From the IMG/VR virus record IMGVR_UViG_3300047095_000877, positions 1 through 55,822 of that record: DNA of 55,822 bases; one strand, written 5' to 3'. The position numbers and the translations under genes were made by a program. The notes beneath the pieces were generated by a model, which saw nothing but the letters and a program-made list of their open reading frames with translations, was not told the DNA's origin and did no database searches. Each line of letters starts with the position of its first letter. The first letter of the stretch is position 1. This DNA comes from a virus. Taxonomy: Duplodnaviria; Caudoviricetes. Below are positions 1 through 9,938 of the stretch, piece after piece.

Positions 1-142
1 ATGTCTGCAATGGCTCTCTGTTGACGGGGTCTAAGCATGGTCTTGACCTAAGTGGTCCGCAAGGGATAAATCAAAAAACACAGCAATAATAAGCACTTAG
101 CCGGGAATTCCCGTGAAGTGTGAAGAAACGCAACAGGGAGTC
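1..142. repeat. Terminal direct repeat (copy 1), probably assembly overlap of a circular genome
   Basis: 1-142 matches 55681-55822 except position 16 (C vs T at 55696); the helicase ORF start lies inside it. Confidence 0.95.
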
Positions 143-170
143 GTGAAGGTGCGGGAAACAGCGGTAAGCT
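116..170 (+). promoter_or_regulatory. Putative rightward early promoter (divergent from helicase)
   Basis: CGCAACA at 129-135 and -10-like TAAGCT at 165-170; same 36-bp offset recurs at 3711/3747 and 7394/7430. Confidence 0.45.
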
Positions 171-196
171 TCTGTCCACAGACACAGCATCAGCCT

Positions 197-385
197 ATGA
201 ACGACATAGACCGAGACGCAGCGCTGCTGATGGCGGGCATCCTGCTGCTGCTTTGCTTGATTGCCGGTTCCGTCACCTACCTTCAGGCATCAAGCGAAGC
301 AGCAGCCTTCAATCGCCTAACCACCGGCCCCAAGGTCACCACCTGGGACGCCGTCTGGCTGGATCTGCGCGTGGAGGCTCGCTGA
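197..385 (+). CDS. Small membrane protein
   Basis: ATG 197; hydrophobic stretch AALLMAGILLLLCLIAG; TGATG overlap with next gene. Confidence 0.65.
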   Translation: MNDIDRDAALLMAGILLLLCLIAGSVTYLQASSEAAAFNRLTTGPKVTTWDAVWLDLRVEAR

Positions 386-1206
386 TGGGCCTGACCAACG
401 CGGAGTACCACGCAAGACCCGAGGTCTCGAAAAGCGGGCTGGATCTGATCCGGCGTTCACCGCTGCACTACTGGAACCGCTACCTGAATCCGAACCGGAT
501 CGTGGAGCCACCGACACCGGCCATGGTGATCGGTTCGGCACTGCATGCGCGGGTGCTGGAGCCGCATCTGTTCGACGACGAGTACGTGGTCGCACCGGAG
601 GGCATCGACCGTCGCACCAAGGAGGGCAAGCTGCGGTGGGCGGACTTCGAGGCTGAAGCCGACGGCAAGACAGTCCTCAAGGCTGAGGACGCAGCTCAGA
701 TCGAAGCGATGGCCAGGGCGGTGCATAAGCACCTTGCGGCGAGCACGATCCTGCGGCTGCCTGGCAAGTGTGAGCAGTCTTACTTCTGGACGGATGAGAC
801 CACTGGTGAGGCATGCAAGTGCCGGCCGGACTGGCATAGTGACGACCGCCGCCTGATTGCCGATGTAAAGACTACCGACGACGCGAGTCCCCGTGGATTC
901 ATGCGTTCAGTGATCAAGTATCGCTACCACGTTCAGGCTGCGTTTTACAGTCAAGGCATTGGCGCAGAACAGTTTTTGTTTATTGCCGTCGAAAAGAAGC
1001 CGCCGTTTGCTGTGGCCGTGTACGCAACGCCGCCGGAGTTACTTGAGAAAGGGCTAATATACGCCGTTCAAGACCTGCGACAACTTGCCACATGCCGGGC
1101 CGAAAATCGATGGCCCGGCTACGGCGACGAAATACAGTCGCTAGTCATTCCAGACTGGCTTCAAGACGATCGTTCCGACTCCATTTCTGAAATCGAAGGT
1201 TTCTGA
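385..1206 (+). CDS. recE: RecE/exonuclease VIII-like PD-(D/E)XK nuclease
   Basis: YHA..VSKSGLD, GSALHARVLEP, CKCRPD, DVKTT, YHVQAAFY motifs. Confidence 0.9.
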   Translation: MGLTNAEYHARPEVSKSGLDLIRRSPLHYWNRYLNPNRIVEPPTPAMVIGSALHARVLEPHLFDDEYVVAPEGIDRRTKEGKLRWADFEAEADGKTVLKAEDAAQIEAMARAVHKHLAASTILRLPGKCEQSYFWTDETTGEACKCRPDWHSDDRRLIADVKTTDDASPRGFMRSVIKYRYHVQAAFYSQGIGAEQFLFIAVEKKPPFAVAVYATPPELLEKGLIYAVQDLRQLATCRAENRWPGYGDEIQSLVIPDWLQDDRSDSISEIEGF

Positions 1207-1871
1207 TGACTACTGAAAGCACAGCACTTGCCGTTACTTCAACAGTTGACGGTGTGTTCACGGGGATTCAACAATTCGAGAATGCTCAGCGCATCGCCAA
1301 AGCATTGGCTTCGTCCGCTTTGGTACCGAAGGAATACCAAGGTCAGACCGGTCTGGCCAACACGCTGGTGGCAATGGAAATTGCCGGCCGGATGGGCCTG
1401 AGTCCACTGCAGGTGATGCAGAACCTTCACATCATTCACGGGCGTCCTAGTTGGTCGTCGCAGTTCATCATTGCGATGATCAACGGGTGCGGGCGTTTCA
1501 CGCCGCTGGACTATAACGTCAGCGGTGAGGGGGACACTTTAAGCTGCTTTGCCTACGCGACTGAGATCGCAACAGGGAAGGAGCTGCGCGGTCCTGTTGT
1601 GACCATGGCCATGGCCAAGCGTGAAGGGTGGGCAACAAAATCAGGGTCCAAGTGGCAAACAATGCCGGATCTCATGGTCCGGTATAGAGCAGCTGCGTTC
1701 TGGGGGCGTCTTTATGTTCCTGAGTTCCTGGTTGGCATGAAAACACAAGAAGAAGTCGTTGACATACAAGAAGTTGAAGTAACCGAGAAGCCGTCGATCG
1801 TGGATGATCTGAACGGCAAGATCCAGGAACAAAAGGCATCTGAGGAGGCAGGAGATGATGCAGTCTGGTGA
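1206..1871 (+). CDS. RecT-like single-strand annealing protein
   Basis: LVPKEYQG, SPLQVMQNLHIIHGRPSWSS, SKWQTMPDLM motifs; coupled to RecE. Confidence 0.75.
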   Translation: MTTESTALAVTSTVDGVFTGIQQFENAQRIAKALASSALVPKEYQGQTGLANTLVAMEIAGRMGLSPLQVMQNLHIIHGRPSWSSQFIIAMINGCGRFTPLDYNVSGEGDTLSCFAYATEIATGKELRGPVVTMAMAKREGWATKSGSKWQTMPDLMVRYRAAAFWGRLYVPEFLVGMKTQEEVVDIQEVEVTEKPSIVDDLNGKIQEQKASEEAGDDAVW

Positions 1872-2073
1872 GACGTACTTGACCCCACGCGAGCTGGCTG
1901 AGCGCTGGCGTAATGTCGTCAGTCTGAGCACGCTGGACAACTGGCGATCTCAGCAACGTGGTCCGCGCTGGTTTAAGGCCGGCGGTCGAGTGCTCTATCC
2001 AATCCACGAGATCGTTCAATTCGAGCAGCGCAACATGCGCGGCTTCCCTAACAACCCACGACAGGACAAATGA
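1855..2073 (+). CDS. Excisionase/AlpA-like HTH DNA-binding protein
   Basis: YLTPRELAERW...TLDNWRSQQRGPRWFKAGGRVLY. Confidence 0.85.
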   Translation: MMQSGETYLTPRELAERWRNVVSLSTLDNWRSQQRGPRWFKAGGRVLYPIHEIVQFEQRNMRGFPNNPRQDK

Positions 2074-2321
2074 ATCGGATCACCGCCGAAGAAGCTCTCG
2101 CCAAGGCTGGCCGTCAGTCAAAGACGGCACCGCTGCGCAGTGAGATCCTTGATCTTGAGCCGGGCGAAGCGATCGAAGTCGGGTTTGACGAGTACAAGCC
2201 CGGCACCATCACCCAGGTGGTGGGCAATCTGAGCCGCCGCGAGCTGAGCCGCCGTTATTCGGTGCGCAAGCGTCGCGATGGCCTGGGCTGCTTCATCATC
2301 TGCCAACCCAAAGCGAACTGA
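2070..2321 (+). CDS. Hypothetical protein
   Basis: 83 aa ORF with ATGA overlap in operon. Confidence 0.7.
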   Translation: MNRITAEEALAKAGRQSKTAPLRSEILDLEPGEAIEVGFDEYKPGTITQVVGNLSRRELSRRYSVRKRRDGLGCFIICQPKAN

Positions 2322-2324
2322 ACC

Positions 2325-2756
2325 ATGTTTAACGGAACACTCACTGGCAATCTCGGCCGCGACCCCGACTTTCAGACCACGCAGTCTGGCCAGATGGTCG
2401 CGAAGTTCTCCCTGGCTGTCCGCCAGCCCAAGAAGCAAGGGCAAGACCAGCCCGCTTTTTGGGTGAAGGTGGAAGTCTGGGGCAAGCAGGCCGAGTATGT
2501 GGCCAACTACCTGAAGAAGGGCGCCAGCGTCTGCGTCACCGGCCAGGTGGCGGAGGAGCAGTGGAACGACAAGAACACCGGCGAGCTGAAGAAGGCCGTG
2601 GTGATTCGCAATGCGTCAGTGGAGAGCTGGCAGGCACGCTCTGAGGATGCCGCACCGGCACCGATGCCAATGCAGCAGCAGGTGGCCTATGCACCGGCAC
2701 CTGTCCCCCAGCAGGCGCCTCCGGCTCCGGTGTACGACGACAGTATTCCCTTCTAG
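2325..2756 (+). CDS. ssb: Single-stranded DNA-binding protein
   Basis: GNLGRDP OB-fold start, YLKKG, acidic DDSIPF tail. Confidence 0.97.
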   Translation: MFNGTLTGNLGRDPDFQTTQSGQMVAKFSLAVRQPKKQGQDQPAFWVKVEVWGKQAEYVANYLKKGASVCVTGQVAEEQWNDKNTGELKKAVVIRNASVESWQARSEDAAPAPMPMQQQVAYAPAPVPQQAPPAPVYDDSIPF

Positions 2757-3223
2757 TGGACCAGCGGCTGGCATGGATCGCTGATCTGCGCCAGCGGCAC
2801 CGGCCTGAGACTGTCCTGACGCTGTTGCAGCTGCAGGCACTCGGGCCGGGGCTCTACACCAGCAAGGAACTGCTCGAGCTGCTGGGGATGAGCGAAAGCT
2901 CGATCCAGCAGTCGTTCGCCCGGCTGCAATGCACCGGACTGCTGCGCTACGAAGGCTGGCCCAAGAAAGGCCGGCTGATCTGGTGGGTGGCGGACTGGGA
3001 CAACATGCAGCCGGATCCAGCGACGCAGTTTCCGCGGTGGGTGTTGCGCGCCAATGCGGTGCGCCAGGTGGAGGTGCTGCTGGGCAAGGAGCGAGAGGCG
3101 GCCGACAGGCTGCGCGTCAACTGGAAATCACTGAGCAACTTCCTGAGCCGGCGGACCGGCTGTTACCGCCTGCTGGGCGAATGGAGCATCGAACTTGACC
3201 CCGTGCAATTTGTGACCCGATGA
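2756..3223 (+). CDS. Putative winged-helix DNA-binding protein
   Basis: TSKELLELLGMSESSIQQSFARL HTH-like segment. Confidence 0.6.
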   Translation: MDQRLAWIADLRQRHRPETVLTLLQLQALGPGLYTSKELLELLGMSESSIQQSFARLQCTGLLRYEGWPKKGRLIWWVADWDNMQPDPATQFPRWVLRANAVRQVEVLLGKEREAADRLRVNWKSLSNFLSRRTGCYRLLGEWSIELDPVQFVTR

Positions 3224-3705
3224 CACTGATTTTTCCGAGCCGTGAGCTCGACCGCCAGATCACGCTGCCTGACTTGTGGAACATGGAGCTGGACGATGTC
3301 CGGCAGTTCCATGTGGAGCTGACGCTGGCTGTCCAGGGCATGGATGACGCGATCCGCGAAGCGCAGCGGATCGAGAACGATGCCGGCATCCCGTTCGATC
3401 GGGACTGGATGCACAAGGCGCGCAAGAAGCGCCGGATCACGATCATGTTCGCCAGTGAGGCAAAGCGCCGGCTGCTGAAGCTGGAGGGGCTGGAGGGCGC
3501 TGATGTGCGCCGCAGACGCTCGGCCTACGAGATGCAGCGCGACAAGTTCTCAGTCTTCCGCAACGACCGCCTCAGGGAGCTGCTGAAGGAAGAGCTCGGG
3601 CCTGGTGTGCTCGAGGAGATCGAGTGCGAAGCGCATGAGGAAGCCGAGGAGCTGTTCAAGGCATGGCTGGAGAAGGAGGGCCACCAACCGGTCTACGTGA
3701 CATGA
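3220..3705 (+). CDS. Hypothetical protein
   Basis: 161 aa, overlapping start/stop with previous gene. Confidence 0.7.
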   Translation: MTLIFPSRELDRQITLPDLWNMELDDVRQFHVELTLAVQGMDDAIREAQRIENDAGIPFDRDWMHKARKKRRITIMFASEAKRRLLKLEGLEGADVRRRRSAYEMQRDKFSVFRNDRLRELLKEELGPGVLEEIECEAHEEAEELFKAWLEKEGHQPVYVT

Positions 3706-3778
3706 AGTTTTGCAACAGAGCCCGGCCGCTATGGTGCCGGGCTTGCTTTGATAGGCGCGTCCCACACAGGAGGGCTCA

Positions 3779-4646
3779 ATGACACCCCTTGAAATCGTCG
3801 GTTTTGCAGCGCTCGGCACTGCCGCTGGCCAGCTGATCGCATGGCTGTTCAGCCGACCCACACGCAACGTTGAACACGAGCAGCGGATAGTGCGCAGCGC
3901 TTTCGAGGCCGGCATCCTTGCTGCTGCTGACATGGCAACCATCGAAGGACATGAAGAGCTTGCCGGAAACATGCGAAAGGCTGTCGCCAAGGTGCGGAGC
4001 AGCCATGACGGTTGATCAGCAGCTGGCCACCGTGCGCCAAGTCAAAGAATTGCGGCGTGATTTGCGCCGGCATGAGCTGACTTTGATGGCCATCATCGCG
4101 ATTCAGCTCATCAATCTCATCGTTGGACTCTCGAAACTATGAAAGGCGAACCGATCACATTCCAGTGGCACGAGCACCCCACCGGCAGCTTCGGGCCTGG
4201 TGTCAGCCGGCCAGCTGAACCGAAGCGCGCCAAGCCGTTTGTGCTTCATGTGAAGCATGGCAAGGCACGAGCGATGAAGGTCACGCTGATGGCTGAGAAC
4301 GACAAGCTGGCGGTCCGCTATGCGGAAGCCCGCTGGCCTGGTGCGCAGGTGGAGGTGGCGGCGTGACGAGCTTCACAAAAGCAGACGCGCTGTTCCTGCT
4401 TCAAGCCACAGCAGTCATTGTCGGGATCCCGGTCCTCCTAGTTGCCACCATTGCCCTTCTGATCTCATGACCATGACAATCGACGAAGCGAAAGCCGCCA
4501 AGAAGGCCCTGCGCGAACGCATCAATCAAGCCCTGCGTGAGTTCACCGACGACACTGGGCTTTTGGTCGAGTCGTTGCACGTCAACCAGAGCATGACCAT
4601 GGACGGCAGATGCGGCTACTGGCTGGATCTAGAGGTGCGGCTGTGA
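3779..4646 (+). other. Small hypothetical ORFs (3779-4015, 4005-4142, 4139-4366, ~4468-4646)
   Basis: Chain of coupled short ORFs; AGGAGG before 3779. Confidence 0.6.
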
Positions 4647-5284
4647 TTGACCACCAAGCAACGCCCGAGCAGTGGCACGAACTGGAAAGGTGCAGCCACG
4701 GCAGCCAGCCATGGGCGCCCTGCATTCTTGAACTCCGCGCCAGGGTCGAGGCGCTGGAGGCGGCGGCTCACAAGCACATCGTCGAAACCAGCGCCAACAT
4801 CTTGGCTCTGGCGAGCCGGGTCGAGGCGCTGAAGGCCGCGCAGCAGCAGCTTGAGCCGATCGACGAGGAAGAGAACAACCGCCGGTTTCATGCGTGCATG
4901 GACTTGATTCGCAATGCCACGCCAGAGCAGATCCGTGCGGCCGCCAGGTTGCCCAAGCGCCCAGCATCAAAGGTCTACGAGATCAATGAACCGCTGCAAC
5001 TGACGCCAGAGCAAGCGCAGCACGTCAGGGACCTGCTGGCGCCCAACTCCAAGCCAACTCCTAATTCAAGCCAAATTGGGAGTTCGCTGGTGGAGCGGGT
5101 GAGTACGGCGATTGCGCTGGAGGATGAAAAGCATTACTGGCCGTCCACTGAAAGCGACGCAAGGGGTGTAGTCGAGAGCGACATGGCCCGCGCCGCGATC
5201 CGCGAGGTGGCGGCGTGGTTGCGGGAGCAGCACGACGGCGATCTGGTTGCGGCGACTGCGCTTGAGCAGGAGGCTGAGCAATGA
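4643..5284 (+). CDS. Hypothetical modular protein
   Basis: GTG start overlapping previous stop; internal duplication RVEALEAA/RVEALKAA. Confidence 0.7.
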   Translation: MIDHQATPEQWHELERCSHGSQPWAPCILELRARVEALEAAAHKHIVETSANILALASRVEALKAAQQQLEPIDEEENNRRFHACMDLIRNATPEQIRAAARLPKRPASKVYEINEPLQLTPEQAQHVRDLLAPNSKPTPNSSQIGSSLVERVSTAIALEDEKHYWPSTESDARGVVESDMARAAIREVAAWLREQHDGDLVAATALEQEAEQ

Positions 5285-5493
5285 CTGACTACAGTTCCAA
5301 GCTTCAGGAGTTTCACGCTACCAGCGCTCAACTGATTCGCGCTGTCATCGAGAACGCCATCAGGGACACGTCGTCATGCCATTGGCGTGTCATTGAAGGT
5401 CCTGAAGATGGCAGTCAGATGGTTCGCGTTCGTGATCTGATGGCATGGGCTGACAAGATCGCTTCTCAACTGGAGCAGGAGACCGAGCAATGA
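5281..5493 (+). CDS. Hypothetical protein
   Basis: ATGA-coupled 70 aa ORF. Confidence 0.6.
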   Translation: MTDYSSKLQEFHATSAQLIRAVIENAIRDTSSCHWRVIEGPEDGSQMVRVRDLMAWADKIASQLEQETEQ

Positions 5494-5861
5494 CCCACCC
5501 CATCACCCCACCGCCGGAGCTGGTGCGTGAGTGGAATCAAGATGCTATAGGCACTCACTTTGAGCATTACGGGTATTCAGAGTTCATCGCCATCCGCGCC
5601 GCCCAATGGGGCGCTGACCAACAACTTGCAGAAGATGCAAAGTGGCTGGATCATAATGCTCTGAATGAACCGTATCTACGGATTACTCCAGTAGGTGAAT
5701 CATTAAAAGAGGCGATGCGTCCCAATCTGCCGAGCTTGAAGGAGCAGGCGTTGGAAGCACTTTCTGAAGCCGTCAAAATGGCCGATGACGTCCCGCCAGA
5801 GGGGATTTGCTCAGGCCAAGCAGACATCATCCGCCGCGCACTGGAGCAACTTGATGACTGA
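5490..5861 (+). CDS. Hypothetical protein, THPITPPPELV/PSLKEQAL family copy 1
   Basis: Shares four sequence blocks with 8552-8881. Confidence 0.75.
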   Translation: MTHPITPPPELVREWNQDAIGTHFEHYGYSEFIAIRAAQWGADQQLAEDAKWLDHNALNEPYLRITPVGESLKEAMRPNLPSLKEQALEALSEAVKMADDVPPEGICSGQADIIRRALEQLDD

Positions 5862-6744
5862 ACTTTCACCCGCTGCGCAGGCGGTACTGGGTGCTTGCAG
5901 CGGCTCCCCTCTTATCAATCACCTTATCCACAGGCTCTGTCTCGCCGCCGCCCTGCGAGCTGCTGCGGATCAGGTTGCGCCAGAGCCAAACGACATCGAC
6001 GAGGGATCGCTGTCACTTGCCGCCATCCGTAATCGATGCAAAGTGCGCGACGAACTCCTCGCCATCGCCGCCGAGCTGGAGGGCAGGTCATGACCGAACC
6101 ACCCCTCGAGCTCGTCGAGCACTGGATCGAAGACGCCGTCGACATGGTGCATGAAGGCGTTATCTCTCCTGAGACCATTCCCTTCCACGTCGCTTATCTT
6201 GCGGCTGAGTGGGGGCTCAACCAACCAAAGCAATGAAGACACCCGAAAAACTTTGCCAACCCTGCGGCCGCAAGCTCGGCGGCTTCTACATCGACGAGCG
6301 CTTCGTCGGCCCGGCGACGCACATTGCTACCTACACGCTGCGCTGCTGTGATGTGTGCGGCAAGAAGACCGCCGTGGGCGATCTGAACGAATTCGGCGGC
6401 CTCAAGAAGGACTGGACCTACTACCTCGGCCGGCGATGACCCATCCACTCAACCGCCTGCGCGAGATCTACAAGGAGCAGATGTCGCCACCGGTGGCGCC
6501 GGATGCCGTGACGCTGATCCGCTGGTGTGATCGCATCGAAACGCTGGCTCACTTCAACATTGCCCGCCGCAGCTGGACCTACGAACAGGCCGGCACGCTG
6601 GTGGATGAGGTGAACGAGCTGATGCGGCTGTGGCGCGACGAGATGCCAACGTTTGTGGTCGAGATGCCGCAGCCTGATGGCACGGTGCTCAGCCGGCACG
6701 TCCAGGCACCGACCTACGAGCAGGCAATTCAGCTGTTTGAGTGA
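5854..6744 (+). other. Small hypothetical ORFs (5854-6093, 6090-6236, 6233-6439 Cys-rich, 6436-6744)
   Basis: Coupled ORFs with overlapping start/stop codons. Confidence 0.6.
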
Positions 6745-6923
6745 TCCATCAGCAGTAGCTCCAGCCGGGCAATCTCGTTGACGGCCTGCTGGAGCTGGAA
6801 CTGCTGCTGACAGCACAACCTGTACAGCATTGCTGTACGAGGCTCCTCTTTGCGGGCGATCGTTTCGATCGTCCACTTTTCTTCTGTACTCATTTGCGCT
6901 TGAAGCCAGCTACCAAATTGCAT
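6729..6923 (-). CDS. Hypothetical protein, antisense to operon
   Basis: MQFGSWLQAQ...ARLELLL; fills the gap between + strand genes. Confidence 0.5.
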   Translation of the reverse strand: MQFGSWLQAQMSTEEKWTIETIARKEEPRTAMLYRLCCQQQFQLQQAVNEIARLELLLMDHSNS

Positions 6924-7398
6924 GGATTCCAACAGCAGCGATTCTTTAACGGTAGGCACGCCTGTCTGTGAGCACAACAACCGATTCGTTCGTGAAAGCA
7001 GGCCACGTCTTGATGGCCTGGTGCGCCGCCGGTGGCAATGCAACGACTGCGGCGAGCGGTGGACGACGATCGGACCTGATCGCAAGCCACCGCGGAAGCG
7101 CAAGCCGGGCCGCCTAGCGCCGAAAAAGTTGACCCGTGAGCAGGTGAAGCGTGCGCTGACCGACCGGCAGATCTCGGATGTGAAGCTGGCGCGGGAGCTT
7201 GGTGTGAGCCGGCAGGCAATCAGCCAGGTGCGGCGTGGCATCAGTTGGGCGAGGGCATTTCCGAAACTCAAGCGGCGGCCGTGGAAGGACTGCAGCGAGT
7301 GCCGGCACTGGTGCGGCGGCAGCTGCGGACTGGGCTTCCCGGACCCACTGGAGGAGGGCACCAGCTTCGCCGGCGACTGCGACCTTTACGAAGTGTGA
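6922..7398 (+). CDS. Zn-ribbon + HTH + Cys-rich putative regulator
   Basis: RRRWQCNDCGERWTT (NrdR-N-like ribbon), DVKLARELGVSRQAISQVRRG HTH, CSECRHW..C. Confidence 0.75.
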   Translation: MDSNSSDSLTVGTPVCEHNNRFVRESRPRLDGLVRRRWQCNDCGERWTTIGPDRKPPRKRKPGRLAPKKLTREQVKRALTDRQISDVKLARELGVSRQAISQVRRGISWARAFPKLKRRPWKDCSECRHWCGGSCGLGFPDPLEEGTSFAGDCDLYEV

Positions 7399-7457
7399 CA
7401 ACTCATGCCCACTGCTCGGTGGCGCCCGGCATCATTGACTCGTCCACCCCACCAGAC

Positions 7458-8179
7458 ATGAAACGACTGCTGTTCTTGCTCATCCCCGTGGCCACGATCG
7501 CCCTGATCGTCCACGACCACGCGGTTAGCTGCCGCGTTGCTCACCATTCCGCCGCTGGGGCTTTCCCTGTTTGCGAATGACTGACACTGAAGCAATGAGC
7601 CTTATCGGCGGATCCACCTCCCTGAAGCTCCGCGTTTGCTTGGCTGTTGGCGGACTGCTGGCCCTCTTCTTTCCTGGCTTGGTCGTCGTCGCGTTTTACA
7701 GGGGCTTCAAAGCCGCATTAGAAAAAATGACACCGGCTGAACAAGCCCAGGCCGCGCTCGCGTTTCGTGCTTTCCAAAACCTATGACTGAACGCCACTAC
7801 CACTTCACCATCCCCGAATCGAACATCTTCGATTTCGTTGCTGCCACCAATTTCTCCGATGCCAAAAGCAAAGCCTTTGCAGAGTATGGACCCTGGTACG
7901 ACCGCATCCAATGGCTTGACCCGTTCGATGACACTCCAGCAGGCACTGCAGCCGTGGATGACCGTGCGTGATGACATCGATTGGGATAGCTGCCCCGACA
8001 AGATCTGGGAGCAGCTGCTGGAGCAGGCGCCCAAGGTCGCTGCGATCAGCCGGTTTTGGTATCTGAAGGGCCTGCATCGCGCCATCACCGAAATGGAGCG
8101 CAAGATTGACGGCCGTCCCATGTGGCAGTCGCGCCAAGAACTGATTGACCATCTGAACTCGATCAATGCACCCAACTGA
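7458..8179 (+). other. Small hypothetical ORFs (7458-7580, 7577-7786, 7783-7971, 7928-8179)
   Basis: Coupled short ORFs, the first two hydrophobic. Confidence 0.55.
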
Positions 8180-8555
8180 AGACGATTTTCGGCTGATCCC
8201 GGAAACCATGCGCTACATGCAAACCCGCACGATCAACAGCCTGTTGCGGGGCGGCTACTTCACCGCTGAGCAGATCATGCTGGCCACCACGGCCGACCTG
8301 ATGAAGCTCAAGAACTTCGGTGTGCAGTCGCTTGGTGAGGTCGCTGCATGGCGTGATGCGCTGATGCAGCCCGACCCGCAGCTGTACCGCGAGACTCACC
8401 AGGCAGTAACCAAGGCGCTGGATGAATGCGGCAGCTGCATGGCCGATCAAGAGGCCGTGGTGGCGATGCGCGTGATCTGGGGACGGATTGCACGCGGGCC
8501 GTTCACGGCTACTCGGATCCGGCAGATGTTGATGCCGGCGGAGGTGGAGGCGTGA
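8166..8555 (+). CDS. Protein with RNA polymerase alpha-CTD-like domain
   Basis: RTINSLLRGGYFTAEQIMLATTADLMKLKNFGVQSLGEV follows the alpha-CTD pattern R..N.L...G..T...L....DL.K.KNFG..SL.EV. Confidence 0.75.
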   Translation: MHPTEDDFRLIPETMRYMQTRTINSLLRGGYFTAEQIMLATTADLMKLKNFGVQSLGEVAAWRDALMQPDPQLYRETHQAVTKALDECGSCMADQEAVVAMRVIWGRIARGPFTATRIRQMLMPAEVEA

Positions 8556-8881
8556 CTCACCCCATCACCCCACCGCCGGAGCTGGTATTGCAGTGGTACT
8601 TAGGCGCCAAGGCATATCCTGTCGATCAGTGGGCAACTGATGTTGCCACCAAGGCCGCCCAATGGGGCGCAGACCAGGAGCTGGAGGCGTGCTGTGAGTG
8701 GGTCAAAAGCAAGCAGACCTATTGGGCGCACGACGAACTCCGCGCCGCACGCCGGCCCAAGCCCCCGAGCCTGAAGGAGCAGGCGCTTGATGAGCTGCAC
8801 ATCAGTTTCGACAGGGGCTACCTCAAGGAAGGAGCTGCCGACACCATCCGCCGCGCCCTAGAGGCCCTTCCCGATGACTGA
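8552..8881 (+). CDS. Hypothetical protein, THPITPPPELV family copy 2
   Basis: GTG start; paralog of 5490-5861. Confidence 0.75.
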   Translation: MTHPITPPPELVLQWYLGAKAYPVDQWATDVATKAAQWGADQELEACCEWVKSKQTYWAHDELRAARRPKPPSLKEQALDELHISFDRGYLKEGAADTIRRALEALPDD

Positions 8882-9125
8882 CTTCCGAGCACTTTGCGCT
8901 GAGCTGGTGAAACAACTGGAAGGATGGCAGTGCTATGCGAGCCCGGATGGCCCCAACGCTAAGGTGCTGGACCGCGCCCGAGCCGCCCTATCCCAGCCCG
9001 AGCCGCCAAGCTTGAAAAAGCAGGCACTTGATGCCCTAGCGCATATCGCTACTGGCCCTAATCCAACGGCATTTCTTGACTGCCAAGACACCATCCGCCG
9101 CGCACTGGAGCAGCTCGCCGAATGA
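8874..9125 (+). CDS. Hypothetical protein sharing PSLKxQAL/TIRRALE blocks
   Basis: Different N-terminus (MTDFRALCAEL), same C-terminal blocks. Confidence 0.7.
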   Translation: MTDFRALCAELVKQLEGWQCYASPDGPNAKVLDRARAALSQPEPPSLKKQALDALAHIATGPNPTAFLDCQDTIRRALEQLAE

Positions 9126-9207
9126 CCCTCTCTACCGCCCTCTACCTCGCAGGCGCCTACTGGCTGATCTGCATCGCCTTCATCTGCCTCTGCAAGAAAA
9201 TCCTGCC

Positions 9208-9938
9208 ATGACCGATCCGCTGATCGAGCACCGCTGGTACTGGGTGCGCAACAGCTCTGACAACGAATGGTTCCCGGCGTGCCGCATGAGCCAAATGTGC
9301 GGTGGCTGGTGCAACCAAGACACTTGGGAAGACTGGAACAGAGAGGTCACCGAGTGGCGCCTAATCCCCTTGCCTGACAAATCATGACCCCCGGCTTCTA
9401 CCGCATCCGCCTGACCCGACCCGATGGTGATAGCTGGGTCTGGCTGGCCTGGGCCGTCACCGCCACCAACGCCCATTGGATGGCCGCCGAGCTGCACCCC
9501 GACTGCCATGTCGAAGTGCTTGGCTTGGAGGATCAATGGTGATTCAATCCGAGCAGGGCGTCTGGAAAGGCCAGAACCATCCCTGCTATGGCGTCCATCC
9601 TGTCGACCGCGGACTGGGGCTAGCGTTCCAACCGTGGTGCTTCGATGGCGCCACTGTTACCTGGGGCCCGTCCTTCGACACACACTCGAAGGCAATGGCC
9701 CATGCACGTTTGCTTGCTGGACACGATGTTTGACTGCCACCCCAAGATCGAGCAGATGAAGGCTGAGTTCCTCGATCACCTCTATGAACAATCTGGCCGA
9801 GACAGGCTGCCCAGCGGCCACCCACTGAACTCCACTTACACCGGCCTGTGGCAGGAATTCTGCCAGCGCGGTGCCGAGGAGGCGCGGCAAGCTTGGTGGG
9901 ATGTACAGAGCATCGACCCGGAGGCGTTCGATCGATGA
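9208..9938 (+). other. Small hypothetical ORFs (9208-9387, 9536-9733, 9726-9938 and neighbours)
   Basis: Short coupled ORFs. Confidence 0.5.

Noticed and set aside
1-142. Biological terminal repeat of the virion DNA
   Set aside because: It cuts through the helicase start and lies far from the terminase genes; better explained as assembly overlap.
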